Position numbers and translations under genes: made by a program | Notes under the pieces: generated by a model | What the model was told of the DNA's origin: nothing | What the model saw: the letters and a program-made list of their open reading frames with translations, nothing else | Database searches by the model: none | In this document: positions 27,754 through 37,674 of the stretch, one piece after another | Layout of the letters: the number at the start of each line of letters is the position of its first letter | Numbering within the stretch: position 1 is the first letter of the stretch | Source of the DNA: Candidatus Bathyarchaeia archaeon | Lineage (GTDB): Archaea; Thermoproteota; Bathyarchaeia; Bathyarchaeales; Bathycorpusculaceae | Reading direction: 5' to 3' | Assembly: GCA_049515895.1 (NCBI GenBank) | Contig: JBEKTQ010000008.1 | Span: 1 to 64,000 of the forward strand | DNA length: 64,000 nt

Positions 27754-28739
27754 TTTTTAATCACCTTTCTTTTCAAGATAGATGCTGGTAAACTATACAT
27801 GTAGAATGTGCCAACGGCATCTTTCACTTGACTAAGTAACTCTTCAATCTCTTTTTCGGTGTACGTCGTTTTGCCTGGTTCACCTTCATACCCGAGAATC
27901 GAGGCTAAAGCAGATATCATTGCTGCACCTTGTTCGGGCACATTTGGGGCTGGTCCGCCACAACCCGTGCATGGCATATCAACCTTTAAGCATTGGGCAC
28001 CGCAGCCACTTCTGGTTGCTATCCCCATGCAGATTATGCCTTGTTCAAGCAAGCATTTTTCCGGTTCGGGAGCTTTCTCGTAGACGCGGTAGAGTTTGCC
28101 GATTTTCTTATTTTCACGTTTTCTTGGGCATTCGTCGCAAACTGCTTTAACGGGGGCAAGTATTGAGCCTTTTGGCGGTAATTTGCCGCTTGCTATTGCG
28201 TCGACTGCGCCAGCGATTAGTTTAACTGGTGGTGGGCAACCTGGCAGGTAATAGTCAACGTCAACTGTTTGCGCCAAAGTTTTTACTGTATCGTAGAACT
28301 CGGGGATTTTAAGCGTGCCTTCTTTGACTTGGGTTTGAGTCTTAGGCATTGTGCGTTGGGGGTTGACGTTTGACTTGTCTGCTACGTAAACTTGTTCGAA
28401 AATTTCGTTCTTGTCATTTAAGTTTGCTAATCCAGGTACGCTACCTTGATGAGCGCATGAGCCGAAAGCGACAAGAGTTTTAGATTTTTGCCTCAACAGT
28501 TTAGCCATGTGTTCTTGCTCTGAATTCCGTATGGATCCGTTGAAGAATGTAATGTCAATATACTTGTCAGCCATTGCTTCAACGTCTTTGTATTTGATGT
28601 CCAACGCTACTGGCCAGAAAACCACGTCGGCTATTTGCACTACGTCCAGAATTTTCTCGTTTATATCCAAGACTGCTATCTCGCAGCCGCCGCAACTTGC
28701 AGCCCAGTAAAAGGCTATTTTTAATTTGTTTTTACTCAT
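27750..28739 (-). CDS. mvhG: Group 3c hydrogenase small subunit
   Basis: WAASCGGCE, FGSCA, PGCPP, VCDECPR, CLLEQG..CMG.ATRSGCGAQC, PCTGCGG. Confidence 0.92.
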   Translation of the reverse strand: MSKNKLKIAFYWAASCGGCEIAVLDINEKILDVVQIADVVFWPVALDIKYKDVEAMADKYIDITFFNGSIRNSEQEHMAKLLRQKSKTLVAFGSCAHQGSVPGLANLNDKNEIFEQVYVADKSNVNPQRTMPKTQTQVKEGTLKIPEFYDTVKTLAQTVDVDYYLPGCPPPVKLIAGAVDAIASGKLPPKGSILAPVKAVCDECPRKRENKKIGKLYRVYEKAPEPEKCLLEQGIICMGIATRSGCGAQCLKVDMPCTGCGGPAPNVPEQGAAMISALASILGYEGEPGKTTYTEKEIEELLSQVKDAVGTFYMYSLPASILKRKVIKK

Positions 28740-29629
28740 TGTTTGTTTCCTTCCTCAGTCACTTGCTTTATTATTTTTGATGCATTCACTCGGAGTTCGC
28801 TGAAGGCCAATTCTTCCGGCGTTAAGCCCATTGCTAACCCGAGTAGTTGTGGGTAGTGAAGTATGGGAATTCCATAGGTTTCATTAAATGTTTTCTCTAT
28901 TCGGAGCTCGTTTGTATCGTACATTATATGGCAAAATGGACAAATAGTGATTAGAGCTTGTGCACCAACCATTTTAATATGGTTCAGCTTGTCCCTTGCA
29001 AGTTGCAGCGCAATTTTGTCGCTGACTCCGACGCTTGGCGCTCCGCAGCACTCGGTTTCGTCAATGTAGTCGAGGCAGGTAGCTCCTGTTGCTTCAATGA
29101 GCTCTTTTAGCGTTTGCGGGTCTTCTGGATCGTCGAATCCTATGAACTCTCTTGGTCTCAAAATGTGGCACCCGTTATGTTCAGCAACCTTGAGCGTGCT
29201 AAGTGGTTTCGTAACGGAGGCTTTGATTTTTTCCAAGCCAACATCTTCCTTTAGCATTTGCAAAAGATGCTTTGTCTCAATGGTTCCTTTGAACTCCAAC
29301 CCCACCTCTTTGAGGTGGCAGTTAATCTGCTCTTTTAGAACTTTGTCTTCTTTGAGGATTTTGTTAGTTTTCTTTAGAGAGCCAGCGCAGCCTGGACAGA
29401 GAGTGAGAATGTTCAAGCCTTGCTGTTCCGCTAGAGCCAAGTTTTTTGCTGCCAAGACAAGCATGGTTTCATGACTTACCGGGTCGAAAGGCAGACCGCA
29501 ACAGTTGAACTCAGGCATTTCAACGAGTTCAACGCCGAGCTTAGCCAAAACTTTACGCGCAGAAATCTCGTAGGCTGAAACACGATATGGAATAGCACAA
29601 CCGAGGAAAATAAAGTATTTATTGCCCAG
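28736..29629 (-). CDS. hdrB: Heterodisulfide reductase subunit B
   Basis: FLGC, two CCG motifs, TLCPGC, HNGCH, CPFCHIMYD. Start placed at CTG 29629 (the track gives TTG 29665). Confidence 0.92.
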   Translation of the reverse strand: MGNKYFIFLGCAIPYRVSAYEISARKVLAKLGVELVEMPEFNCCGLPFDPVSHETMLVLAAKNLALAEQQGLNILTLCPGCAGSLKKTNKILKEDKVLKEQINCHLKEVGLEFKGTIETKHLLQMLKEDVGLEKIKASVTKPLSTLKVAEHNGCHILRPREFIGFDDPEDPQTLKELIEATGATCLDYIDETECCGAPSVGVSDKIALQLARDKLNHIKMVGAQALITICPFCHIMYDTNELRIEKTFNETYGIPILHYPQLLGLAMGLTPEELAFSELRVNASKIIKQVTEEGNKQ

Positions 29630-30176
29630 CAGGTTGCCCTCCAGGGGGTTTCTGGGTGGCGTCAATAAATTTCACGCCTTTGAGTACTTTCTTAACGTTT
29701 TCTGCATTGCCTTTCGGTAAAGGTGGAAGCCCTTGGGTTTCACGTTTTTTGATTCTTAATTCGGGAATCTTGTAAGCGTAACCTGATTCAAGTAGACTTC
29801 CGGTTTGATCTTTGAAAACTTGAGGGACACATCCGTTTTCTACGGCTAGATTGCGGAAGACGCGAATTACGCTTGCCACTTCGACGCCTTGGGGGCATCT
29901 ATCGGTGCATGTGAAACAAGCCGCACATAACCATAATGTGTCGCTTTTAAGCACGCGGTCTTTTAGGCCAAGCTGAGCCATATGTATTAGTGTTCTTGGG
30001 CGGTAACTGTCGCTGTATCTTGCAACGGGACAGTCTGAAGTGCAGGTTCCACACTGGAAGCATTTAAGGATTTTTTCGCTGCCGTGCATTTTAAGAAGTT
30101 CATACTTGAATTTGGGGTCAAGTTCTGAAGCTTTAATCGGCTCCCTGCCCGATGAAGTAGCTATTGCCTCAGTCAT
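29619..30176 (-). CDS. hdrC: Heterodisulfide reductase subunit C
   Basis: CFQCGTCTSDCP and LWLCAACFTCTDRCPQGV. Confidence 0.93.
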   Translation of the reverse strand: MTEAIATSSGREPIKASELDPKFKYELLKMHGSEKILKCFQCGTCTSDCPVARYSDSYRPRTLIHMAQLGLKDRVLKSDTLWLCAACFTCTDRCPQGVEVASVIRVFRNLAVENGCVPQVFKDQTGSLLESGYAYKIPELRIKKRETQGLPPLPKGNAENVKKVLKGVKFIDATQKPPGGQPAGQ

Positions 30177-30628
30177 TTACAACTCACTTTGACTGTTTCC
30201 TTGGCACGCGTGCCTATTTTACTTTGAATGCCAAACTCAAATACATAAATGTTCAGTGAATGCAAAGCGAATTCTTCCATGTGCAAGATGGAATTATTTA
30301 TTCCGAACTTTCCAACCAGTCTTCATCCAACCCCTCTTCATTTAGCTGTACTTCCTCGTTGGACACAGAGGCTTTTCAACTTGCAACGCGATTACAAAAT
30401 CGGAATGGATTTCCAGGTTTTTGAACGGAATTCAAGATGCGAATAAAATCACCGTCTAAAATCTTGACTAAACTAAATAGACACGAGAACTTGGTAAACT
30501 CAATCAATTAAACACCCCGAAACAAGTCCTGAGTTACCAAATAGGATGTCTAGTATTTGTGACAGAAAACCATCCGTAAAAATGGCAAAATCGAAAGAAA
30601 GATGAAAAAAGGAAAAAGAAAGGGCAGT

Positions 30629-32074
30629 TTATCTTACTTTGCGATCTACGAGTCTGCCGTCTGTGTCGAACAGTTTTATGTCAAGCGGCATCTGCCCGAT
30701 TGCGTGTGTCGCGCAGCTCAGGCAAGGGTCGAAAGCTCGGATTACGGCTTCAACTCGGTTCAGCATGCCTTCTTGAAGTGCCTTGGCTTTCACATATTTC
30801 TTGGCGACCTGCGTTATTGCTTTGTTGTAGGCGATGTTGTTGTGTTCCGTTGCAATAATCATATTGTTCCACGTGATTAAGCCCTCTGGATCGACTTTGT
30901 AGTGGTGGATCAGAGTGCCTCTTGGAGCTTCAGCGACGCCGACGCCTTCGTAAACATTCACCATTGCCTTCGATGTCACGTGTTCGGATAGGATTTCTGG
31001 GTCTTCCAGCAACTCCTGTGCCTTTTCAACGCAGAAAAGCAACTCCACTAGCCGCGCGTAATGGTAGTGGAAGGTGCTTTGAACTACTCCGTTCTTGCCG
31101 AGTTTTTTGAATTCTTTAAGTTCCTTGTCTGCAAGTGGCGTATCACAGTGTGACGCAACGTTGAGTCTTGCTAATGGACCAACTCGGTAGAAACCTTCTG
31201 GGTAACCAACTGCTTTGAAGTATGGAAACTTCATGAACGAGTAGGGTTCAACGGCTTCACCAATAAAGTCACTGTACTTTGTCGGGTCAATGCACCGGCC
31301 AACTACCTTACCGTTATTGTCCATTATATTCAATGTGCCATCGTAATGTTCAAGTCCCCCATCAGATGTAACCAAACCCATATAGTAGCTTGGGAAGTTC
31401 CCGAAGTTCTCCACTTCATCGTCAAAGTTAACCAGCCACTTCTTATACAACCCTAAAGTTTTCTGTGCACTCTCTAACGCCTCAGGCAAATTAGCTTTCA
31501 AATAATCCGCTTTGTCCTTGCTGAGCGGCCATTTTGCTCCGCCTGGAATAATCCATTCGCTTGAGTGTATTCTTTTGCCAGCGACCTTCTCGATTATTTC
31601 TTGACCAAATTTGCGAAGCTTAACACCTTGCAATGCCAGTTTAGGATCCTTTTCTATTAAGCCGAAAACGTTTCTTGTCGCTGGGTCAGAGTCCATTCCG
31701 AAAAGCAAGTCGGGTGCTGAAAGGTGGTAGAAGTTCAATGCGTGGGACTGTATCATTTGTCCCATATGCATTAGCCGGCGCAGCTTTATTGCGGTTGGCG
31801 GTGGGCTGACCCCGACGATGGCGTCGCATGCTTTGGCGGACGCTAGCAGGTGGCTTACTGGGCAGATTCCGCACGCTCTAGAAGTGATGCTGGGCATTTC
31901 GTAGAATGGTCGTCCTTCAGTGAATTTTTCGAAGCCTCGAAAGTCTGTGACTTGGAATCGGGCTTCTTTCACGGAGTCATCAGCGTTTAGACAAATGGAT
32001 ACTTGGGCGTGCCCCTCTATTCTTGTGATGGGGCTGATTACGATTTGTTTGTTGTTTCTTTCTGTTTTAACCAT
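30629..32074 (-). CDS. hoxH: Group 3d bidirectional hydrogenase large subunit
   Basis: [56 protein letters not shown]. Confidence 0.92.
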   Translation of the reverse strand: MVKTERNNKQIVISPITRIEGHAQVSICLNADDSVKEARFQVTDFRGFEKFTEGRPFYEMPSITSRACGICPVSHLLASAKACDAIVGVSPPPTAIKLRRLMHMGQMIQSHALNFYHLSAPDLLFGMDSDPATRNVFGLIEKDPKLALQGVKLRKFGQEIIEKVAGKRIHSSEWIIPGGAKWPLSKDKADYLKANLPEALESAQKTLGLYKKWLVNFDDEVENFGNFPSYYMGLVTSDGGLEHYDGTLNIMDNNGKVVGRCIDPTKYSDFIGEAVEPYSFMKFPYFKAVGYPEGFYRVGPLARLNVASHCDTPLADKELKEFKKLGKNGVVQSTFHYHYARLVELLFCVEKAQELLEDPEILSEHVTSKAMVNVYEGVGVAEAPRGTLIHHYKVDPEGLITWNNMIIATEHNNIAYNKAITQVAKKYVKAKALQEGMLNRVEAVIRAFDPCLSCATHAIGQMPLDIKLFDTDGRLVDRKVR

Positions 32075-32609
32075 ATTTTGTTTTACCCTCCATTTTAGGC
32101 GTTCGCCCTTCCAAAAGCTCGGTTAACACGTAGTTAATCAGGTCTGCATGTGGCGGACACCCTGGGATAAAGAAATCAACTTTAACAGCTTCATGAAGCG
32201 GACGAGCTTTAATCAGAAGTTTAGGCACATCCGTCGGGATTGCAGCGTTCAAATCAGACTTTTCCTTGTATGCTCTTTCCAGCACTACTTGGTCACTGTG
32301 ACGCCACGAGTTTCTCAAGGCAGTAACGTTTCCCGTAACTGCACAGTCACCAAGGGAAATCAAAACTTTTGTTCGAGCTCTTACCTTCTCAAGCATGTGG
32401 AGTTGCTCTTCATTTGCGATTGCGCCTTCAATAAGTGTGACGTCAACGTTTTCGGGAAATTCTTTCACGTCAGCAATTGGGCTGTAAACTAACTGTATTT
32501 TCTTTGCTAAATCAACAAGACGCTCATCTTGGTCAAGGAATGACATGTGGCAACCTGAGCAGCCGCTGAGCCAAACCGTGGCAACTCTGACTTTCGCGTT
32601 CGCGGTCAT
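32067..32609 (-). CDS. hoxY: Group 3d hydrogenase small subunit
   Basis: RVATVWLSGCSGCHMSFLD, GDCAVTGNV, PGCPP; 180 aa, single-cluster size. Confidence 0.92.
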   Translation of the reverse strand: MTANAKVRVATVWLSGCSGCHMSFLDQDERLVDLAKKIQLVYSPIADVKEFPENVDVTLIEGAIANEEQLHMLEKVRARTKVLISLGDCAVTGNVTALRNSWRHSDQVVLERAYKEKSDLNAAIPTDVPKLLIKARPLHEAVKVDFFIPGCPPHADLINYVLTELLEGRTPKMEGKTKYG

Positions 32610-33316
32610 TTGCGTTGCCTCCTCGTCAAGACGAACTCGGCGATATCTTTACGCTTGGTGTGGTCAATTGGTTCTGCCTCAATGTATATAGCTCCCACAG
32701 GACAAACTTTTGCGCATTTGCGGCAGGAAGTGCAGCTGCAAGAGTTAGCCCATTTCTCATCAAGATCCATTATTACTTGGCTGTCTTTCCCTCTTAATTT
32801 GAGGTCGAGGGTGTGGACGCCTTCAATTTGGTCGCAGACGCGGATGCATCTTGTGCATAGGATGCATCGGTTACGGTCAATAACTAAGAAGTCATGAGTT
32901 GAATCGACTGGTTCAGCTGTCCAGTTCCTCTCAAACATCACGTGTTCGACTCCAAGTTCCTTAGCCATGGCTTGCAACTCGCAGTGGTCATTGGCGACGC
33001 AGACTGCGCAAATGTGAGTTCTCTCGGCGAGAAGCATTTGCACTACCATCTTACGGTGATCCTTTAGCCGGTCGGAGTTAGTGGTGATTTCCATGTTTGG
33101 ACCCACCGGCGTCGTGCACGCAGAGAAAAGCTTTGGTGAACCGCTGATTTCAACGAGGCAAAGTCGGCAACCGCCGTAGGGGGTTAAGCCTTCAAGCGAG
33201 CAAATTGTTGGAATTGTGATGCCGTTTGTTTTGGCTGCGTTCAGGATGGTGGTGCCTTCAGGAACTGATATTTCAACACCGTCAATTTTGAGTTTAAGAG
33301 TGTTTGATACTGTCAT
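32606..33316 (-). CDS. hoxU: Diaphorase Fe-S subunit
   Basis: IPTIC...GGCRLCLVE, HICAVC...CELQ, RCILCTRCIRVC, CTSCRKCAKVCPVGA. Confidence 0.92.
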   Translation of the reverse strand: MTVSNTLKLKIDGVEISVPEGTTILNAAKTNGITIPTICSLEGLTPYGGCRLCLVEISGSPKLFSACTTPVGPNMEITTNSDRLKDHRKMVVQMLLAERTHICAVCVANDHCELQAMAKELGVEHVMFERNWTAEPVDSTHDFLVIDRNRCILCTRCIRVCDQIEGVHTLDLKLRGKDSQVIMDLDEKWANSCSCTSCRKCAKVCPVGAIYIEAEPIDHTKRKDIAEFVLTRRQRK

Positions 33317-33318
33317 GT

Positions 33319-34968
33319 TTATTCTTCCTCCTCGTGCTTTTTGAAGCATTTACCTGCTTCGCATTTCTTTTCGACGATATGTTTTAGGTATTCGTCTTTG
33401 AAGTAGCGAAGAGTAGTCAAGACTGGATTAGGTGCTGTTTGTCCAAGACCGCAGAGACTTGCGTCTCTTATGAAAACGCCTGATTTCTCCAGAGTGTGGA
33501 TGTCTTCCATTTTTCCGTTGCCTGTGGTTATTTGGTCGTATATTTCTTTGACTCGGGCTAAGCCTGCTCTGCATGGCGTGCATTTGCCGCATGATTCGTC
33601 CACGCAGAAGTCGGTAAAGAATCGTGCTGTGTCGACCATACATGATTCATCGTCGAGCACAACTATGCCACCAGAACCCATTATTGCTCCAGCTTTTGTT
33701 AGTGATTCATAATCGATTGGGAGATCCAGCAATGTGTCAGGAAGGCAACCGCCTGAAGGTCCGCCCACTAAGACAGACTTGAATTTCTTTCCATCAGCCA
33801 CGCCCCCGCCAATTTCGAAAACAACTTCTCTGAGTGTGATTCCCATCGGCACTTCAATTAATCCCGGATTGTTAACTTTACCTGTTAATGAGAAGCATTT
33901 GGTTCCAGAACATTTCGGCGTACCCAACTTTGCGAACCATGCGCCGCCGTTTTGTATGATTTGCGGTATGTTGGCGAATGTTTCAACATTCTGTATAAGC
34001 GTCGGTTTTTGCCATAAACCAGAATTCGCCGGGTATGGGGGACGCGGACGAGGCATTGCTCTCTGACCTTCTACAGAGGCAAGAATGGCTGTTTCCTCTC
34101 CCGCTACAAATGCGCCGGCACCGAACCGTAGTTCAAGGTCAAACTTGAACGATCCCATTTCAAGAATGTTATCGCCAAGTAACGTCATTGCTTTTGCTTG
34201 AGCAATAGCTTTCTGCAAAGTCTGAATTGCTAACGGATACTCGGATCTAATGTAAATATAGCCTTTTTCTGCACCAACAGCGTAAGCAGCGATAAGCATA
34301 CCCTCAAGAATAGCGTGTGGGTCAGCTTCAGCCAAAGTTCTATTTGCAAAGACGCCTGGATCTCCTTCGTCCAAGTTAGCAACAATGTACTTAGGAGAGC
34401 TGTGTGATCTTGACACGAGCGCCCATTTTTGCCCAGTTGGGAAACCGGCGCCTCCACGACCCCTAAGACCACTGGCTCTAACTTCATAGATTACACCCTG
34501 AGAAGTCATAGTTGCAAGGCATTTAGCTATGGCTGAGTAGCCGCCCGCAGAAATGTAATCTTGAATTCTTGAAGGATCAATTTTTCCTGCATTTCGTAAA
34601 ACTAGGCGATGCTGCTTTTTGAAGTAAGATTCATTTTGGTACAACATGCCTTTGACAGGCAAGTCGAGGACGATGTGATCACGGACTATTTCTCTTACTT
34701 TTTCGGGAGTAACGTTTTGATAGAGGTAGTCGCCTGGTTCAATAAGTACCGCTGGTCCTACAGAGCATGTGCCTATGCAACCGGTGCGGGCAACCTTGCA
34801 TATATTTTCTACGCCTAATTCTTTTACTGCTTCTTCAAACGCTTTCAATACTTTGAAAGCACCGAATGGAACACACCCGCTGGAGCAGCAAACGTTAATT
34901 CGGTATTTGTACGCTCTTTGGAAATCGAGTTCCTGCTCAGCTATTCTTTGGAGATCATCAAGTTTCAG
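33319..34968 (-). CDS. hoxF: Diaphorase FMN/NAD-binding subunit (NuoF-like)
   Basis: N-terminal 2Fe-2S domain, LRGRGGAGFPTG, DEGDPG, GEETA, ESCGKCTPCR, SLCGLG. Start is CTG 34968 or ATG 34989. Confidence 0.92.
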   Translation of the reverse strand: MKLDDLQRIAEQELDFQRAYKYRINVCCSSGCVPFGAFKVLKAFEEAVKELGVENICKVARTGCIGTCSVGPAVLIEPGDYLYQNVTPEKVREIVRDHIVLDLPVKGMLYQNESYFKKQHRLVLRNAGKIDPSRIQDYISAGGYSAIAKCLATMTSQGVIYEVRASGLRGRGGAGFPTGQKWALVSRSHSSPKYIVANLDEGDPGVFANRTLAEADPHAILEGMLIAAYAVGAEKGYIYIRSEYPLAIQTLQKAIAQAKAMTLLGDNILEMGSFKFDLELRFGAGAFVAGEETAILASVEGQRAMPRPRPPYPANSGLWQKPTLIQNVETFANIPQIIQNGGAWFAKLGTPKCSGTKCFSLTGKVNNPGLIEVPMGITLREVVFEIGGGVADGKKFKSVLVGGPSGGCLPDTLLDLPIDYESLTKAGAIMGSGGIVVLDDESCMVDTARFFTDFCVDESCGKCTPCRAGLARVKEIYDQITTGNGKMEDIHTLEKSGVFIRDASLCGLGQTAPNPVLTTLRYFKDEYLKHIVEKKCEAGKCFKKHEEEE

Positions 34969-35446
34969 TTTTAACCCCTCCGAGTACATTTTTTATTTTT
35001 CCTATAACTATTTCTTTTGTGGCTTTGCCCACGACTTCCTCGTCAATAACGATGTTAGGTGCCATGGCACAAGCGCCGATGCAGCGTGTAACAAGTAGGG
35101 AAAGTCTTCCGTCAGGAGTCGAGCCACCACGTTTAACATCAAATTCTTTTTCAACAGCCTCAAAAATCTGTTCCACCTCTTTCACGTAGCAGGCAGTACC
35201 CAAGCAACCAGTCACTACGTGTTGTCCTGGCTGCTTAAACTTAAAGAAGCTATAGAAGGTCGCTACCCCGAAAACATGGCTCGGCGGAATGTTAAGTGAC
35301 CCAGAAACATCCATAAGCAAATCCTTATCTAAATAGCCATAAATTTCTTGTGCGCGATGCAATATTTCTAAAAGGGCACTTTCTTGGTAATTGTATTCTT
35401 TCAAAACTTTTTCCAACATTAAACGTCTCTTGTCCATTTCAGCCAA
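34958..35446 (-). CDS. hoxE: Diaphorase 2Fe-2S subunit (NuoE-like)
   Basis: LHRAQEIYGYL, GVATFYSFF, CLGTACYVK, RCIGACAMAP. Confidence 0.92.
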   Translation of the reverse strand: MAEMDKRRLMLEKVLKEYNYQESALLEILHRAQEIYGYLDKDLLMDVSGSLNIPPSHVFGVATFYSFFKFKQPGQHVVTGCLGTACYVKEVEQIFEAVEKEFDVKRGGSTPDGRLSLLVTRCIGACAMAPNIVIDEEVVGKATKEIVIGKIKNVLGGVKTET

Positions 35447-35760
35447 TCATTTGATCCTCCTTCAAGTGTGTTGAACCCATTACCGATCGAAGCCACTACG
35501 GAAATTACTGATATAAAAGCTTAGGGGCAACAATTCATAGGAAATCGTTGGAAACCTCGTAGTATAGCGTTGTTAAGACACAGCTCAATAAATCGTGAAG
35601 AGATTGGAAAAGTGTCGTATAGACCGTATATATGCTTACATATGGTATATCGTTGGTCTTTTTTCGTCTTTATTTCAGAAAGGAATAAATGGACCAGTAT
35701 CCATTCCTATGCAAAAAAGCAAGAAAAAGCTTGCATTAAGTTAGAGGAGAAGAGAGAAAG

Positions 35761-37674
35761 ATGCGTGTAATATCAAAGGAAGATTTTGCTCAGTTTGTCA
35801 ATTCTTTGATAAAAGATAGTTCGTTGAATGTTATGGGTGTCAAAGCGAAAGGCGATAAATTCGCTTTTGGGCCTTTAGAATCTGCAAGCGAGCTTCGAAT
35901 GGATTATGACGTTACCCTTCTTCCGCCGAAGAAGTATTTCTTTCCCCAAAGAGAAACTCTAGTGACTTACAACGTAGGAAAGAGTTTTTCTGCTAAAAGC
36001 CCATCTGAAATCAAGCCCATGGTATTAGTCGGCGTTCACCCATATGACATAGTGGCCCTTCTTCATATGGATGAAATCTTCAGCGAAACAAAATCAGACC
36101 CATATTATTTTGAAAAACGGAAATCATCAATAATTATCGGTGTAAATATTCAGAAAATGTCAAAATGGTGTTTTGCACCTTACATGGGCAGCGCCACTGT
36201 TGAGTACGGATATGATTTAATGCTTACTGACCTTGGAAACCGGTATGTAATCAACATTGGATCAGAAAAAGGTGAAAACCTTTTGGATAAATACGCCAAA
36301 AACGTCAGTGACGCGCTTGCAAGGGACACCCAGTTGGTTGGCCAGAAAAAACGGGAAGTAATGATGATGAGCCAGCAAAAGCTGGATTTTCCCACGGAAT
36401 TAATTCCTGAAATGTTAACAAAATTTTATACAGAAAGCAGTTTTTGGGAGAGACATTCAGAGAAGTGCTTAGCATGCGGTTCCTGCGTCCTCGTTTGTCC
36501 AACATGCTACTGTTTTGACGTCAAAGATAACCCTGACTTATCGCTTGAACAAGGCGAAAGAGTGAGAATATGGGATGGGTGCTTACTTGAAGACTTTGCG
36601 AAAGTCGCTTCAGGTGAAAACTTCAGGGCGACAAGACCAACAAGATACAGACACAGGTACTTTAAGAAAGGCAAATACCTGTATGACCGATTCGGATTCA
36701 TCTCGTGCGTTGGCTGCGGTAGATGCTCATCAAATTGTCTGCCCAACATTGCAAATCCAGTCAACCTATTCAACGATATGTACCAGGAAAGCGTGAGTAG
36801 TGGGCAGGTAACAACTGTATCGACTCCAGAAATTAAGATTCAAACCGAAGGCAACATAGACTACGTTCCTAAACTTGCAACAATCATAAGAAAACAACCC
36901 ATGACCGCTATGGAAACATTGTTTGAAATTAAGTTAGATGACGGTTCAGTTTTAGGTCACAAACCAGGACAATTTGTTGAGCTTTCCGTCTTCGGAATAG
37001 GGGAAGCTCCAATTTCCATTTCGTCGCCGCCATCCAAGAAAGATACTTTTGAACTATGCGTTCGCAAACTAGGCAACGTAACTACAAAAATGCACTCGCT
37101 TAAAATTGGAGACAAGGTAGGAATCAGAGGACCATTCGGAACCGGCTTTGATACAGAATTCCTGAAAGGTAAGGATTTATTATTTGTTGCAGGAGGGCTT
37201 GGCCTTGCGCCATTGCGGTCATTCTTTAATTATGTTCTCGACAACCGAAAAGACTATGGTCAAGTCACTCTGCTCTATGGCTGTAAAGAACCAAAAGAAC
37301 TACTTTTTGCCGATGAACTCCTCGCGCTCGCGAAGAGAGACGATGTAGAGTTCAAGCCTACGGTCGATAGATGCCCAGAGGATGAAGCCTGGACCGGCAA
37401 TACGGGAGTAATAACAACTCTGATTCCTCAAATCAAGATTGATCCTGAAAAAACTTACGCTGTGATTTGCGGGCCGCCAATCATGTACAAATTCGTTATC
37501 GCAGACTTAAAAAAGAGAAATGTCTCAGACGACCATATAATTATGTCCCTAGAGCGGAGAATGAAATGTGGAGTCGGAAAATGTGGACACTGCCAAATCA
37601 ACCAAATCTACGTTTGTAAGGACGGCCCAGTTTTCAACTATTCTAAAATTAAAGGTGTACCGGAGGCGCTATAA
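35761..37674 (+). CDS. Fused sulfhydrogenase beta (Fe-S) and gamma (FAD/NAD(P), 2Fe-2S) subunits
   Basis: N-half CLACGSCVLVCPTCYCF and CVGCGRCSSNC; C-half PGQF, IRGPFG, AGGLGLAP, CGPP, MKCGVGKCGHC, CKDGPVF, all in one frame. Confidence 0.9.
   Translation: MRVISKEDFAQFVNSLIKDSSLNVMGVKAKGDKFAFGPLESASELRMDYDVTLLPPKKYFFPQRETLVTYNVGKSFSAKSPSEIKPMVLVGVHPYDIVALLHMDEIFSETKSDPYYFEKRKSSIIIGVNIQKMSKWCFAPYMGSATVEYGYDLMLTDLGNRYVINIGSEKGENLLDKYAKNVSDALARDTQLVGQKKREVMMMSQQKLDFPTELIPEMLTKFYTESSFWERHSEKCLACGSCVLVCPTCYCFDVKDNPDLSLEQGERVRIWDGCLLEDFAKVASGENFRATRPTRYRHRYFKKGKYLYDRFGFISCVGCGRCSSNCLPNIANPVNLFNDMYQESVSSGQVTTVSTPEIKIQTEGNIDYVPKLATIIRKQPMTAMETLFEIKLDDGSVLGHKPGQFVELSVFGIGEAPISISSPPSKKDTFELCVRKLGNVTTKMHSLKIGDKVGIRGPFGTGFDTEFLKGKDLLFVAGGLGLAPLRSFFNYVLDNRKDYGQVTLLYGCKEPKELLFADELLALAKRDDVEFKPTVDRCPEDEAWTGNTGVITTLIPQIKIDPEKTYAVICGPPIMYKFVIADLKKRNVSDDHIIMSLERRMKCGVGKCGHCQINQIYVCKDGPVFNYSKIKGVPEAL

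Noticed and set aside
30177-30628. Hidden mvhD or hdrA fragment between hoxH and hdrC
   Set aside because: No 2Fe-2S or FAD motif in the frames I could read; only short unremarkable ORFs.
35547-35555. SurR box GTT-N3-AAC between the Hox and group 3b operons
   Set aside because: A single site with 6 informative bases is expected by chance, and SurR is characterised in Thermococcales.
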